Shown here one piece after another: positions 53,101-63,449 of a stretch of 64,000 bases of DNA. Both the position numbers and the translations under genes were made by a program. Every line of letters starts with the position of its first letter. The first letter of the stretch is position 1. This stretch comes from Aulosira sp. ZfuVER01. GTDB taxonomy: Bacteria > Cyanobacteriota > Cyanobacteriia > Cyanobacteriales > Nostocaceae. Where the stretch lies: positions 71,416 through 135,415 of the forward strand of contig JAVRCV020000019.1 in assembly GCA_034530615.2 (NCBI GenBank), written 5' to 3'. Under the pieces are notes generated by a model. That model had not been told where the DNA came from. It saw only the letters and a program-made list of their open reading frames with translations, and did no database searches.

Positions 53101-55548
53101 TTGTTGGCGTTCAGTAACATCTTGAGCTGTGCCATAGAGCCGAATTACCTGTCCATCGCTGTTAAATTCTACATGACCGATCGCCTCCATATACCGATGA
53201 GAACCATCTGGCTGGGGTACGCGGAGAATTAATTTGTAAGACTCGCCAGTAGCGATCGCTCGGTCTACGACTTGGTGTAGTTTTTCTTCATCCTCAGGAT
53301 GGTAAAATTGGAAACTTTCTTCTTCATTAGGTTCTCCTTGGGCTGGATCGCGATTGAAGAGGTGAAACAGCTGCTTTGACCAAGTAACTTTCCTAGTTTC
53401 AACATCAAATTCCCAACTCCCAAGGCGGGCAACTCGCTGAGATTCTGCCAATAAAGCTTCACTTCTGCGGAGAGTTTGTTCAGTGTGTTTGAGGTTAGTT
53501 ACATCTACTACCAATCCATCCCAAGCCATACGACCATCTTCTAATTGGCGGGGTGTAGAACGAAAATGTAACCACTTAAGTTGACCGCTAGGTGTGCGGA
53601 TTGGCAGTTGAATGTCTACTACAGACAGATTTGCCATAGACTCAGCAAGAACTGCTTGCAGGCGGGGCATATCTTCTGGCATAAACTGGCAATACAGCAA
53701 ACTTGCATCTCTCAGTGCATCTTCAGGGTTAACTTCCATGAGAGTGTTAAATCCAGCACTGAGGTAAGAAAAGCGATCGCTACCATCAAGTTCGCGGATA
53801 GCTTTATAAATTGCGCCATTGGGTAAATTATCCCCAATTCGGCGTAACATGGCTTCCTGTTCTTGCAAGGCCAGTTCTGCTTGTTTTTGCGCAGTAATAT
53901 CTTTGATGAGTGCAAATCTCGCTGGCTTTCCTGCCCAAGTGATGAAATGGGAGTTAATTTCGACATTAATCGCCGTACCATCGCGTAGACAGTGTTTTGT
54001 TTCACCGACATAGATTGAGTCAACAAAAATACTAGGCTGGGACATGATGCGGTGAAAATCAGGTATACCTTCAGCGGGGCGGATATCTCTAACTGTGATG
54101 GAGAGAAATTCTGCCTCTGAGTAGCCATATTTTTGAATTGCGGCTCGATTCACAGCTAAAAAGCGGAAAGTTTCTAGCTCAAAAATACACATAGGACTGG
54201 GATTATTTTCAAACAGCAGTCGATACTGAGCTTCCGACTCTGCTAACGCTGTTTCCATTTGTTTGCGTTCAGTAATATCTGCTATGGAACCAACCAATCG
54301 CACTGGATTTCCCTGCTCATCCCAAACAGCCTTGGCCCGAGAGTAAAACCATCCGTAGCTGCCATCTTTGCGGCGCAGACGATACTCAATGTTAAAATCT
54401 GGGACTTGCCGTTGTAGATACGCCTGTTTTGCAGCAATTACCCGTTCACAATCATCAGGATGAATGCGAATGCTCCACTCATCACGTATATTGCTAAGTT
54501 CGTCACGTTCATAACCCAACATCTCAAACAAACGATCGGAGCGGAAGGTTTGATGAGTCTTCATGTCACAGTCCCAAATGGCTTCATTAGTAGCTGCGAT
54601 CGCTAATTGCCAACGTTGTTCGCTATACCGAAGTGCTTCTTCCATGCGTTTGCGATCGCTAATATCATTAGCAGTACCCGTGACAATCCAGCAATTATCT
54701 GTTGCATCATAACGAGAAGTATAAGTACCTGCTATCCATCGCCAGGAGCCATCTTTATGCTGAAATCGGTACTCTACCCTTGCCGTGCGTTCAGCCAAGA
54801 TATCCTCAATTAGAGGCATAATAACTTTTTCTTTATCTTCTGGATGCACTCGCGACATCCACAAGTTTTTATCCCCCAAAATTTCCTGTGATGTATAGCC
54901 GAAGATAGTTTCACACCCAGGGGATTGATACTCATATTGCGAGTCACGATTGGGGAATAGGCGAAAATTGACAATGGAAGTGGCGATCGCACTATCTAGA
55001 ATCTCATTTAGTCTAGTTTGGGATGCTTGATAGCTAGTCTCCTTTTGGGAGAACAACTCAGCCATTTGTTGTTTTTCAGCCGCTGCTTGTGCCAACTCTG
55101 CTGTTTGGGTATCAACTGTTTGGCAGAGTCTTTCCATCACTTCACGCCAAGTCACAACACTTATTACTTGTCCGTGACTGTCAACTATGGGTAAGTGGTC
55201 AATATCATGCTGGCGAAATAGTTGCACAATGTTGGGGAGATTCTCTGCATCTCTTTGGTTCAAGCTAATCACAGGTTGGCTCATCAGTTCGGCAATGGTC
55301 GTATCTGTGAATACAGTTTTATTGGCAAAGATACCTGGCTGCTTATTGTGATATGTCTTTTGAAATACATCTTTAACAGTAAAAATACTAACTAATTTTT
55401 CTTGCTCTAGAATTAGGGCGCAGCTGGTTTGAGCTTGACTCATCTGATGGATAACGTCAAGCACTGACATATTTTTACTAACTTTCAGCAACCTTTTTTG
55501 ACTGTTTTCATCAAACCAACGCATTCTAGGACAATACATCTGAGTCAT
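50134..55548 (-). CDS. CBS + multi-PAS sensor histidine kinase (HisKA_2 type)
   Basis: N-terminal CBS pair; many PAS/PAC units (HPED, DITERK); KEIHHRVKNNL, ELVSNALKY, DNGIG, LGITLV. Confidence 0.93.
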   Translation of the reverse strand: MTQMYCPRMRWFDENSQKRLLKVSKNMSVLDVIHQMSQAQTSCALILEQEKLVSIFTVKDVFQKTYHNKQPGIFANKTVFTDTTIAELMSQPVISLNQRDAENLPNIVQLFRQHDIDHLPIVDSHGQVISVVTWREVMERLCQTVDTQTAELAQAAAEKQQMAELFSQKETSYQASQTRLNEILDSAIATSIVNFRLFPNRDSQYEYQSPGCETIFGYTSQEILGDKNLWMSRVHPEDKEKVIMPLIEDILAERTARVEYRFQHKDGSWRWIAGTYTSRYDATDNCWIVTGTANDISDRKRMEEALRYSEQRWQLAIAATNEAIWDCDMKTHQTFRSDRLFEMLGYERDELSNIRDEWSIRIHPDDCERVIAAKQAYLQRQVPDFNIEYRLRRKDGSYGWFYSRAKAVWDEQGNPVRLVGSIADITERKQMETALAESEAQYRLLFENNPSPMCIFELETFRFLAVNRAAIQKYGYSEAEFLSITVRDIRPAEGIPDFHRIMSQPSIFVDSIYVGETKHCLRDGTAINVEINSHFITWAGKPARFALIKDITAQKQAELALQEQEAMLRRIGDNLPNGAIYKAIRELDGSDRFSYLSAGFNTLMEVNPEDALRDASLLYCQFMPEDMPRLQAVLAESMANLSVVDIQLPIRTPSGQLKWLHFRSTPRQLEDGRMAWDGLVVDVTNLKHTEQTLRRSEALLAESQRVARLGSWEFDVETRKVTWSKQLFHLFNRDPAQGEPNEEESFQFYHPEDEEKLHQVVDRAIATGESYKLILRVPQPDGSHRYMEAIGHVEFNSDGQVIRLYGTAQDVTERQQAEEKISQSEAQLATAQQIAHVGSWELNVQTHDRHWSAETFRIFGLDPSQSEPTTAEFFQMIHPEDRAAVQTQQQQAIAHKIPFNFEYRIIRPDGSVRHVESRAELIHDSQGQVVKFLGAIIDITERKQTELEITKSRDLREVIYNESTDALFLVDTETLLNTDCNDRAVQLFQASSKAELLGINGKVLQKRDFTPEESAAIIAEINQQGFWSREIEYLTKQGNSFWGSIAVKQITVAGQVTILVRISDITARKQAEAALAKSEEQLRLTLEFNAIGIWDWNMQTQEVIWNDNHYRLLGLEPGVAAPSYQLWRDRVHPEDGKRVEQSLFNALAQHTNYEAEFRVIYPDGTVRWLLGKGRGIYDQAGNPIRMLGVIIDISDRIESEEKLRQAELRYRTLVEQIPGVVYTSPISATTEFTYISPQIEKMLKIPPEQWNAGFFNSWADYVHPEDRDRVIDSIQNAIASGKPVNLEYRLFTADGDMIWVKDQASLVLAPDGKTPILQGIAFDISDRKLAEQTLQEQENFLRSIYHGVGQSIFVVDVLDDDFRFVSVNPVHEDITGFCSDNVQGKTPEDFLPPNAAAVVRQHYQDCINAGTTITYEECLPFKNKQESWWITTLTPLKDENLRTYRIVGSSVNITEHKSAQKMLELQAVITRSMAEGICLVRATDGMIVYANPKFEQMFGYDVGELFGQNVSIINYEDEQTHAEQVKAAIIASVIEHGAATYEVHNVKKDGTPLWCSATASIFEHPEYGTVIVCVQQDVTEHKAAEEKIKASLKEKEVLLKEIHHRVKNNLGIVSSLLQMQCRRTQDPQATAILRDSQNRIASIALVHEKLYRSEDLANIDFAQYIPDLTTHLFDSYNISSGSVKLNIKVDDVSLDIETAIPCGLIINELVSNALKYAFPERRQGEIQVNLYQEQDSYESSLHQRTLILMIRDNGIGLPEDFDRNKTKTLGITLVHGLVKQLRGRIEINCQQGTEFKITFTKSRT

Positions 55549-55850
55549 TCCTCCTTAAACAGAAGAGGCGGAAATCAAGAGTAACAAGTAATTTCTGTGT
55601 ATCAAAAATCACTTCAAATCAATATTGGTGATGTCAAATTTTTTGCCAAAATACTGCTTCTTCAGAATTTCCTCAGAATTTTGATTTAGTGTTTTTGCTA
55701 GAGTGTGATGCCTTGTTTGGTATTAAACTCTGAGCTTCTACTATTTCAAGTAGCTAGCTACTCTCTATGTTCTCTTAGAAAAGCAGAATAGCAATTAGCT
55801 CAAAAAAAACATAGAGAAAGTATCAATTCTGTTACAAGGCAAATAAATTT

Positions 55851-56240
55851 ATGTCAGTTCAAGTTGGGTTGGAGAAGGCTGCTCCTAGTTTAATGTTTTC
55901 CTATCAAAGCTTAGGTTTGTTAACTCAAAAGCAAACCAGTTTTCCCAAGCAAAAAATCAAGTGTCCTTTATGTGGTTATGACCGGACTCGTAAACACGGT
56001 AAGACAAGTAAAGGTAGTCAACGCTACTTATGCCCAAGTTGTCGCCAAACTTTTAGCGAGACTTTAAATACCCTTTATTACCGTCGTCAAGTGAATAACG
56101 AAGATGTACAGATTGTATTGCAATCCTATGCAGAAGGTATGAGTTTCAGAGCTATCAGTCGAATTAGTGGTTTAGCTTACAATACCGTAGTTAGAATTAT
56201 TCAGGCTGCTAACCAAAAGGCTCATACACCGGAAGCATAA
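55851..56240 (+). CDS. IS1 InsA-like Zn-ribbon + HTH protein
   Basis: CPLCG..KHG...GSQRYLCPSCRQTF and EGMSFRAISRISGLAYNTVVRII; no DDE/InsB part seen. Confidence 0.8.
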   Translation: MSVQVGLEKAAPSLMFSYQSLGLLTQKQTSFPKQKIKCPLCGYDRTRKHGKTSKGSQRYLCPSCRQTFSETLNTLYYRRQVNNEDVQIVLQSYAEGMSFRAISRISGLAYNTVVRIIQAANQKAHTPEA

Positions 56241-56279
56241 GTTAAGTAACATCTATTCTGGCTCAAAAATCTCACAAAT

Positions 56280-56585
56280 ATGCCCCAATATCTACCAGGA
56301 AAAGTAGTCATGTTGTTTGGTACCTGTCCCTGCACTATACAGCTACCTGCTGCTTCACGAAATGAGCAATTAAGTTTTTTACGTGAACGGATTATTCTTC
56401 ATGCTAATAACCTTGTGGATTATGGATTATGGGATGAATACCTAACTGATGCTGAACTAGATGAAATAATGGCTGATGTTGAGATTGAGCCTGTATATTT
56501 TTCAGGTTTTTCCCGTACCTTGTTGTCGGGAAGAATCCTAAACAAGATTTTCAAAAAAATCTCCAGAAAACTAAAAAATAAATAA
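56280..56585 (+). CDS. hypothetical protein (101 aa)
   Basis: ATG ORF following the InsA-like gene; no transposase motif recognised. Confidence 0.5.
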   Translation: MPQYLPGKVVMLFGTCPCTIQLPAASRNEQLSFLRERIILHANNLVDYGLWDEYLTDAELDEIMADVEIEPVYFSGFSRTLLSGRILNKIFKKISRKLKNK

Positions 56586-56740
56586 TTTAGATAATGTTTG
56601 GAAGAATTAATACTAATTAAAAGGAACAGGGAACAGGCGATAGAATAAAAAACTGGACGGTTGACGAAGAAAGGCAGAGGGCAGATGGCAGAAGGGAAGA
56701 AGGGAAGAAAAATGCTTGTTGGGTTCAAGCCCTACCCCCG

Positions 56741-56823
56741 AAGTTGCTCCACTTGGGCAAAGACGACACTTGCTTCAACCGGGGGAACCCCGGCAACGCA
56801 GTGTCTTCCCAAGACCGCACTTC
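56741..56823. repeat. nested short dispersed palindromic repeats
   Basis: GACAC..CCGGGGGAACCCCGG..GTGTC sits inside CTTGGG...CCCAAG arms of a similar unit. Confidence 0.65.
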
Positions 56824-56989
56824 TCTTCTTGTGGGTGGCTTTCTCCTCCTTCTGCCATCTGCCTTCTTTTGACTTTTGACAAATAACCAATGCCCTATGC
56901 CCCATGCCCAATACCTAAATCACTAGATCCATAAACCCTAAGATCGGCTAATAATGAAGAAAGATTAAGTTGCACCGATCAAACTCGCA

Positions 56990-57673
56990 ATGAGCCAGAC
57001 TGCCCTAAATTTAATTGCAATATCTATCTTCTTGATGACCCTATCGGCGTTGTTGGGGCCATTATTGAACATTTCGCCTACATTACCGGCAATTGCCACC
57101 TTCACTATTTTGGGACTAGCTACTTTCGATAGTTTCAGCTTCCAAGGAAAGGGTGGTTCTATCGTTCTAGATTGGATTTCTGGCTTTAAGAGCGAACATC
57201 GCGATCGCATTATCCACCATGAAGCGGGGCATTTTCTAGTTGCACACCTATTAAATATTCCCGTGACGGGCTACACTCTCAGTGCTTGGGAAGCTTGGCG
57301 ACGCGGTCAGCCAGGGCAAGGTGGTGTTACTTTTGATGATGGCGAATTAGCATCTCAAGTAGAAGTAGGCAAAATTAGCGCGCAAATTTTGGATCGCTAC
57401 TGTACTGTTTGGATGGCGGGGATTGCTGCGGAAAATTTGGTTTTTCAAAATGCTGAAGGTGGATCGGACGATCGCCGCCAGCTAGCAGAGGTATTGACAA
57501 ATTTAGGATTTTCTGAAACAAATTGGCAACAGAAACAGCGGTTTCATGCGCTACAAGCCAAAAACCTATTAGAAGCAAATTGGTCGAGTTACGAAGCCTT
57601 AGTTAAAGCCATGCGGCAACGCGCCTCAGTAGCAGAATGTCAAAGTGCAATTGACAGTGCTGAGTTAACGTAA
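56990..57673 (+). CDS. membrane-anchored peptidase M41-like Zn protease-family protein
   Basis: Two N-terminal TM helices, HEAGH Zn motif, MAGIAAE, GGSDD; no AAA domain. Confidence 0.82.
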   Translation: MSQTALNLIAISIFLMTLSALLGPLLNISPTLPAIATFTILGLATFDSFSFQGKGGSIVLDWISGFKSEHRDRIIHHEAGHFLVAHLLNIPVTGYTLSAWEAWRRGQPGQGGVTFDDGELASQVEVGKISAQILDRYCTVWMAGIAAENLVFQNAEGGSDDRRQLAEVLTNLGFSETNWQQKQRFHALQAKNLLEANWSSYEALVKAMRQRASVAECQSAIDSAELT

Positions 57674-57912
57674 TCTTACTAAACTAGATTGAAATCCCTG
57701 CTTCTGCGAAGATGCTGGTGATTCATAATTATCCCTCGCTATACCGAAATCCCGCCGTCATCATAGAATAGTGGAGCTAATCGAACAAAGCCTGTCTGCG
57801 CAGGCTAGATTTATAGCTTTGTAATGATAGCCCCAGGCTTCCAGCCTGCGAGCGTTATTTCGGGTAGATGAGAGAACTTCTAGGAATTTAAAATTCTTTT
57901 GATAAACAGGTT

Positions 57913-58938
57913 TTAAGAAGAAGCAGCTTTGAGATATGGAACATGGGATAAGTGATCCCAACCGATCACTTTATTTCTGCCAGTAGCTTTGGCTTCTAAT
58001 AAACATTGATCGGCACGATGCAATAGACTGATGCCTTGATCGTCATCATCGCTTTGTAGGGAGGCGGTACCTAAACTAATCGTGATGTTAATAGTATGTT
58101 GATTATTGATTGCAAATGGTTGTTCGCTAACTATGCGATTCAGGCGACGTGCTACAATTAATGCCTCTTCACCAGTTGTATTGGCTAGAAGAATCACAAA
58201 TTCTTCGCCACCATAGCGGAAAGGAGTATCTTGAAAGCGTAAATTATGTCGGACACGAATACACAGCAACTGCAAAAGGCGATCGCCAACTAAATGTCCG
58301 TAAGTATCATTAACTTTTTTAAAAAAATCTACATCTAAAATTATTAAACTCAAGGGCAGTCCTTGATCCTTGGCTTTTTGAATTTGCCTAGGTAAGTCCC
58401 ACTCCAAAGCGCGACGATTATTGAGTTCCGTCAAAGAATCAGCTAAGGCGATCGCTGACAATAAATCATTTGTCCGAATCAGATCGCGGTACTTTTTCGC
58501 TTTACGTAACCCAACTGTTAATTGAGCTAGTATCAGGCGATGGTTAGCAGTTAACTCTGCCAATGTATAGTCTGTTGTTCCCTCGGGAAGCTGCCAAATA
58601 TAAGCGTCAGCTCCTTGTTTTAATGCCGAGGAAGTCATCTCTAACTCCCATTCCCAGCCATACTTATCTCTATCCGTTATCTGCTGAGAGCGATCTTCCA
58701 AAAGAATACAGTATATCCAGGATAGCTTTGCTTGGTCTTTTAACCAGCTACACAGTTCCATACTGCCATCTAGGCTAGCCTGTACAACTATAATGTCGGG
58801 TGGCGTTGCTTGAATATGGGAAACTGCCCGATCGAGATTGGCAATAACTTCAACGCTAAAAGCGGTTGCATAACGGATCTGATCTGGAAGTGTGGTGAGA
58901 AATTTATGACTCCCGAAGACCAGAATGGAAATATTCAT
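57913..58938 (-). CDS. diguanylate cyclase with degenerate receiver-like N-domain
   Basis: DSLTELNNRR, DVDFFKKVNDTYGHLVGD, RFQD I-site, RYGGEEF. Confidence 0.92.
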   Translation of the reverse strand: MNISILVFGSHKFLTTLPDQIRYATAFSVEVIANLDRAVSHIQATPPDIIVVQASLDGSMELCSWLKDQAKLSWIYCILLEDRSQQITDRDKYGWEWELEMTSSALKQGADAYIWQLPEGTTDYTLAELTANHRLILAQLTVGLRKAKKYRDLIRTNDLLSAIALADSLTELNNRRALEWDLPRQIQKAKDQGLPLSLIILDVDFFKKVNDTYGHLVGDRLLQLLCIRVRHNLRFQDTPFRYGGEEFVILLANTTGEEALIVARRLNRIVSEQPFAINNQHTINITISLGTASLQSDDDDQGISLLHRADQCLLEAKATGRNKVIGWDHLSHVPYLKAASS

Positions 58939-59731
58939 TGCTTTGCTTTTTGCCCTCTTTTTATTTTAAAAGTATGACTTTGTAAAACTGCTTTGATTAC
59001 TTAATTAATACTGAATACGTCGGTATTTCTGGTTAGGGAACATTACCCTATATTTAATTGTTTTACTATTAAATCTATAATTTATTGGCAATTTTAATCT
59101 CCTTTTAAGGATTTACCTCAACTATTCTTGCTAGCAAATGAACTTATGAACATACTTTCTGCTTTTTCGTATTTTTTTTAAAACAGTAAAAATACTGAAT
59201 ATTCCTTCTGGAGACAAAAGTCTTTCTGTATTTTCCAGGTATTGCTCATTGGGAATATTTATCAATCATTAGATTGATAATAATAAGCATATAATGAACC
59301 CAAAAAAAATACTAAACTCGAATATTTAAAATTTTATAAAGTTTATATTTCCCAGTAAAAACCGATAGTTTAGCGAAAGATAAACAATTCCATATCCCTT
59401 AAAATACTGAATCAAATTACTCAAATAGAACAGATTTATATGTCAGTGCAGGAGTAGTAAAAGCCGCATACAGTAAGTATTAATTGATATTATTCCTAAA
59501 TGAAGAAATGACGTATTACGCATATTTTTTACTAAGTCATATCTTAATGAAAACTTTGAAAATACCTCAGTAATTATACACAAATACTCGAGCAAAATCT
59601 CTGAATACAACCGAATTAATCCTGCCCAAATACGTGATTATCCGCCCTAGAACAAGACGGAAAATCACAGCAACACTTTATGTAAATGTAAAAAGTTCTG
59701 AATCTAACTTTGTCTGAAAGTTAGAAAATTA

Positions 59732-59932
59732 TCAATAACCTGCAATTTTGTACCCAGCAGCAACAATTATCTGTTTGATAGATTCCTCAGATGCTGCGGA
59801 TTCTACAGTGACGGTTTTAGCATTGACATTTACATCCACTTTTGCATCTGGTTCCATTACATGAATGGAGTTGCTAATTTTGTCAGCACAGTCTTCACAG
59901 GTAATATTGGGTACATTCAGTTTTAATGCCAT
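59732..59932 (-). CDS. heavy-metal-associated (HMA) chaperone-like protein
   Basis: ITCEDC metal-binding motif, C-terminal AAGY; GGGGAG RBS. Confidence 0.88.
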   Translation of the reverse strand: MALKLNVPNITCEDCADKISNSIHVMEPDAKVDVNVNAKTVTVESAASEESIKQIIVAAGYKIAGY

Positions 59933-60403
59933 TATTTAACTCCCCAAAAAAAATTTAATCTATTCTTAACGATTAATGCTATCTTCTCTGGTGAGATTGC
60001 TCATCCTACCAGAGTTAGGTGATTCTACTAGTACATAGCTACTTTCACGGATAGATGGACTGGCTGCAAGATTGCCGAAAATGTCACAATATATAGATAT
60101 AAAGGTATATATGCAAATATACTTAGTAATGCTGAAAGCAAGTCCACATTCCCTGCGGGTTCTAAATTAGTCGTCTTTTGGGCATCTACTAAAAGATTTT
60201 GATTTCAAGCTTATGGGCTTGTGTTCTCCTTACCCTCAAAGGATTAGACCTTGATTTTCGCCAAGCTTTACTAACGGATTAACTCGGAAGCAAAAAACTT
60301 GTAGCACAGATGTCCTGGACTGCGGCATACTTTGTCTGTAAAGCGAAGTAACGATCCTCTGTCGGCCTTCCCAAGTTTATTGAGATTAAATTTGTAAAAA
60401 CCC

Positions 60404-63070
60404 ATGTCTTCAAATCCCCAGTACCTGAGCGGTAACGAAATTCGCACCTTATTCCTTAACTTCTTTGCCCAAAGGGGACACCAGATTCTCCCAAGTGCTT
60501 CTCTTGTGCCTGAAGACCCGACCGTACTGCTGACGATCGCGGGGATGCTACCATTTAAACCGATATTCTTAGGGCAACGCACGCCAGAATTTAAACGGGC
60601 TACCACATCCCAAAAGTGCATCCGCACCAACGATATCGAAAACGTTGGACGCACCAAACGCCATCATACGTTCTTTGAGATGCTGGGTAACTTCAGCTTT
60701 GGAGATTATTTTAAAGAACAAGCGATCGCTTGGGGATGGGAAATCTCCACCCAAGTCTTTGGTTTCTCCCCCAACAACCTTGTCGTCAGCGTGTTTGAAG
60801 ACGACGACGAAGCTTTTGCGATTTGGCGCGATCAAATCGGCGTTGCGGAAGCGCGAATCAAGCGCATGGGCGAAGATGATAACTTTTGGGTATCCGGCCC
60901 GACTGGCCCTTGCGGCCCTTGTTCTGAGATATATTATGATTTCCACCCCGAACGCGGCGACGAGAACATTGATTTAGAAGATGATTCGCGGTTTATCGAG
61001 TTCTACAACCTGGTGTTCATGCAATACAACCGGGATGCAGAGGGGAATTTAACACCACTGCAAAACAAGAACATCGATACTGGCATGGGTTTGGAAAGAA
61101 TGGCACAAATCCTGCAAAAAGTAGCGAATAACTACGAAACAGATTTAATTTTCCCGATTATCCAAACAGCAGCGCAAATTGCGGGGATTGATTACCACAA
61201 GAGCGAAGAGAAAACTAAAGTATCGCTCAAAGTAATTGGCGATCACGTGCGTGCTGTTGTTCACATGATTGCTGACGAAATCCGCGCTTCCAATGTGGGA
61301 CGGGGTTATGTTTTGCGGCGATTAATTCGGCGGGTGGTGCGTCATGGGCGATTGATTGGCATTTCTGGGGAGTTTATTACCCAAGTTGCTGAAACTGCGA
61401 TCGCGCTTTCGGAATCAGCTTACCCCAACGTGCGGCAACGAGAAGCAGCAATTAAAGCAGAACTGCAACGAGAAGAAGCCAATTTCCTCCGCACTCTCGA
61501 CAGAGGCGAAAAACTGCTGGAAGAAATTATTCAACAGGTAAAACAGCAAGGAAAAACCGAAATTAGCGGTGAAAGTGCGTTTACTCTTTACGATACTCAT
61601 GGTTTCCCCTTTGAACTTACTCAAGAAATTGCTGAGGAAAATAACCTAACAGTTGATGCTGAAGGATTCCGCAAGCAAATGGAAATTCAACAACAAGGCG
61701 GTAGAGATGCACACGAAACCATCGATTTAACTTTGCAGGGTTCCCTCGACAAACTAGCAGAACATATCCACGCCACCGAGTTCTTAGGTTATACCCAACC
61801 AGCAGCAACCGGGAAAGTTGAGGTATTGCTAGTCAGTGGTGTTGCCCAAGAAGAAGCAGAAGCCGGAACAGAAGTGCAAATCGTCCTCGACAAGACCCCA
61901 TTCTATGCTGAATCTGGGGGACAAATAGGCGATCGCGGTTATATCTCCGGTGATGGTGTTTCGACTTCGCTCAACACAGGCGTCATCGTTCGCATTGATG
62001 ACGTGAAGAAAGAATCAGATTTCTTTGTGCATTTCGGACGCATCGAACGCGGTACAATCCGAGTAGGAGATGCTGTAAATGCCCAAATCGATCGTGCTTG
62101 TCGGCGTCGTCTGCAAGCTAACCATACAGCAACTCACCTGCTACAAGCAGCGTTGAAGAAAATTGTCGATGAAGGGATATCGCAAGCAGGTTCCTTGGTT
62201 TCCTTTGATAGATTGCGCTTTGACTTTAACTGTCCCCGTGCTTTGACAGCAGAAGAAGTCCAGCAAATTGAGGAACAGGTAAATACTTGGATTGCTGAGG
62301 CACACTCTGCAAAAGTAGAAATATTACCTTTAGCAGAAGCCAAAGCGAGAGGTGCTGTTGCCATGTTTGGGGAAAAATATGGTGACGAAGTGCGGGTGAT
62401 AGACTTCCCTAGCGTATCAATGGAACTGTGCGGCGGAACTCATGTCAGCAATACTGCGGAGATTGGCGTATTTAAGATTATTTCTGAGGCTGGTGTGGCT
62501 TCGGGAGTGCGACGGATTGAAGCTGTTTCCGGCCCAGCGGTGCTAGATTATCTTAACCTGCGGGATAAGGTTGTGAAGGATTTGAGCGATCGCTTTAAAG
62601 TCAAACCCGAAGAACTACCAGAGAGAATCACAACTCTGCAAAACGAACTCAGAACCAGCCAAAAACAACTGGATGTATTGAAAGGACAATTGGCGATCGC
62701 AAAATCTGACAGCTTGCTGCAAACAGCCGAATCTGTGGGTGACTATAAGATACTCGTCGCCCAATTAGATGATGTCGATCCAGAATCCTTGAAAACCGCA
62801 GCCGAACGCTTATTACAAAAATTAGGTAACGGTGCAGTGGTACTGGGTTCAGTTCCCGAACCTGATAAAATCAGCTTAGTTGCAGCCTTTAGTGCAGAGG
62901 TGAATAAGAAGGGCTTGCAAGCAGGTAAATTTATCGGTGCGATCGCCAAAATTTGCGGTGGTGGCGGTGGTGGAAGACCGAATTTAGCCCAAGCCGGCGG
63001 ACGCGATGCAAGTAAGTTACCAGAGGCGTTAACGCAAGCGTTGACTGATTTGAAGTCAGCGTTGGGTTGA
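60404..63070 (+). CDS. alaS: alanine--tRNA ligase
   Basis: [62 protein letters not shown]. Confidence 0.98.
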   Translation: MSSNPQYLSGNEIRTLFLNFFAQRGHQILPSASLVPEDPTVLLTIAGMLPFKPIFLGQRTPEFKRATTSQKCIRTNDIENVGRTKRHHTFFEMLGNFSFGDYFKEQAIAWGWEISTQVFGFSPNNLVVSVFEDDDEAFAIWRDQIGVAEARIKRMGEDDNFWVSGPTGPCGPCSEIYYDFHPERGDENIDLEDDSRFIEFYNLVFMQYNRDAEGNLTPLQNKNIDTGMGLERMAQILQKVANNYETDLIFPIIQTAAQIAGIDYHKSEEKTKVSLKVIGDHVRAVVHMIADEIRASNVGRGYVLRRLIRRVVRHGRLIGISGEFITQVAETAIALSESAYPNVRQREAAIKAELQREEANFLRTLDRGEKLLEEIIQQVKQQGKTEISGESAFTLYDTHGFPFELTQEIAEENNLTVDAEGFRKQMEIQQQGGRDAHETIDLTLQGSLDKLAEHIHATEFLGYTQPAATGKVEVLLVSGVAQEEAEAGTEVQIVLDKTPFYAESGGQIGDRGYISGDGVSTSLNTGVIVRIDDVKKESDFFVHFGRIERGTIRVGDAVNAQIDRACRRRLQANHTATHLLQAALKKIVDEGISQAGSLVSFDRLRFDFNCPRALTAEEVQQIEEQVNTWIAEAHSAKVEILPLAEAKARGAVAMFGEKYGDEVRVIDFPSVSMELCGGTHVSNTAEIGVFKIISEAGVASGVRRIEAVSGPAVLDYLNLRDKVVKDLSDRFKVKPEELPERITTLQNELRTSQKQLDVLKGQLAIAKSDSLLQTAESVGDYKILVAQLDDVDPESLKTAAERLLQKLGNGAVVLGSVPEPDKISLVAAFSAEVNKKGLQAGKFIGAIAKICGGGGGGRPNLAQAGGRDASKLPEALTQALTDLKSALG

Positions 63071-63209
63071 GAATAATCTCCTGAAAGGAAAGGGAGAAAT
63101 CCTTAACTGGCTTTGCTCCCTTCTCTAACACAATTCCACATTCTGACTATTTACAGCGCAATTAAGTAATTGAAAATTATCTCCCCTTTGCTAAAACCAA
63201 AATATTTCA

Positions 63210-63449
63210 ATGCAAAAAATCACAGTTGATGAAATCCAAAAAAATCCATTAAAGTACCTGAATCAAGTTGAGGCTGGTGAAAGCTTTGTCATTATTCAAG
63301 CAGATAAACCAATTGCTGAACTAAAACCAATTCAAAACCATAACAAGCAACAGCGACCATTTGGTTTGTGTGCTGGAGAATTTAAAGTTCCTGATGATTT
63401 TGATGCACCTTTGCCTGATGAGATTCTGAGTGCATTTGAAGGCGGATGA
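63210..63449 (+). CDS. Phd/YefM-type antitoxin
   Basis: VEAGESFVI..KPIAEL, RPFGL..G.F.VPDDFDAPLP; ATGA overlap with downstream PIN gene. Confidence 0.87.
   Translation: MQKITVDEIQKNPLKYLNQVEAGESFVIIQADKPIAELKPIQNHNKQQRPFGLCAGEFKVPDDFDAPLPDEILSAFEGG

Noticed and set aside
55851..56585. Complete IS1 element
   Set aside because: The second ORF shows no DDE motif and no terminal inverted repeats were found.
58940..59730. 800-bp AT-rich gap with recurring AATACTGAA motifs
   Set aside because: No ORF; the motif is low-complexity and irregularly spaced, so an operator array cannot be supported.
59940..60400. T-box or other ncRNA upstream of alaS
   Set aside because: No T-box consensus or convincing fold seen; cannot be supported without an Rfam scan.
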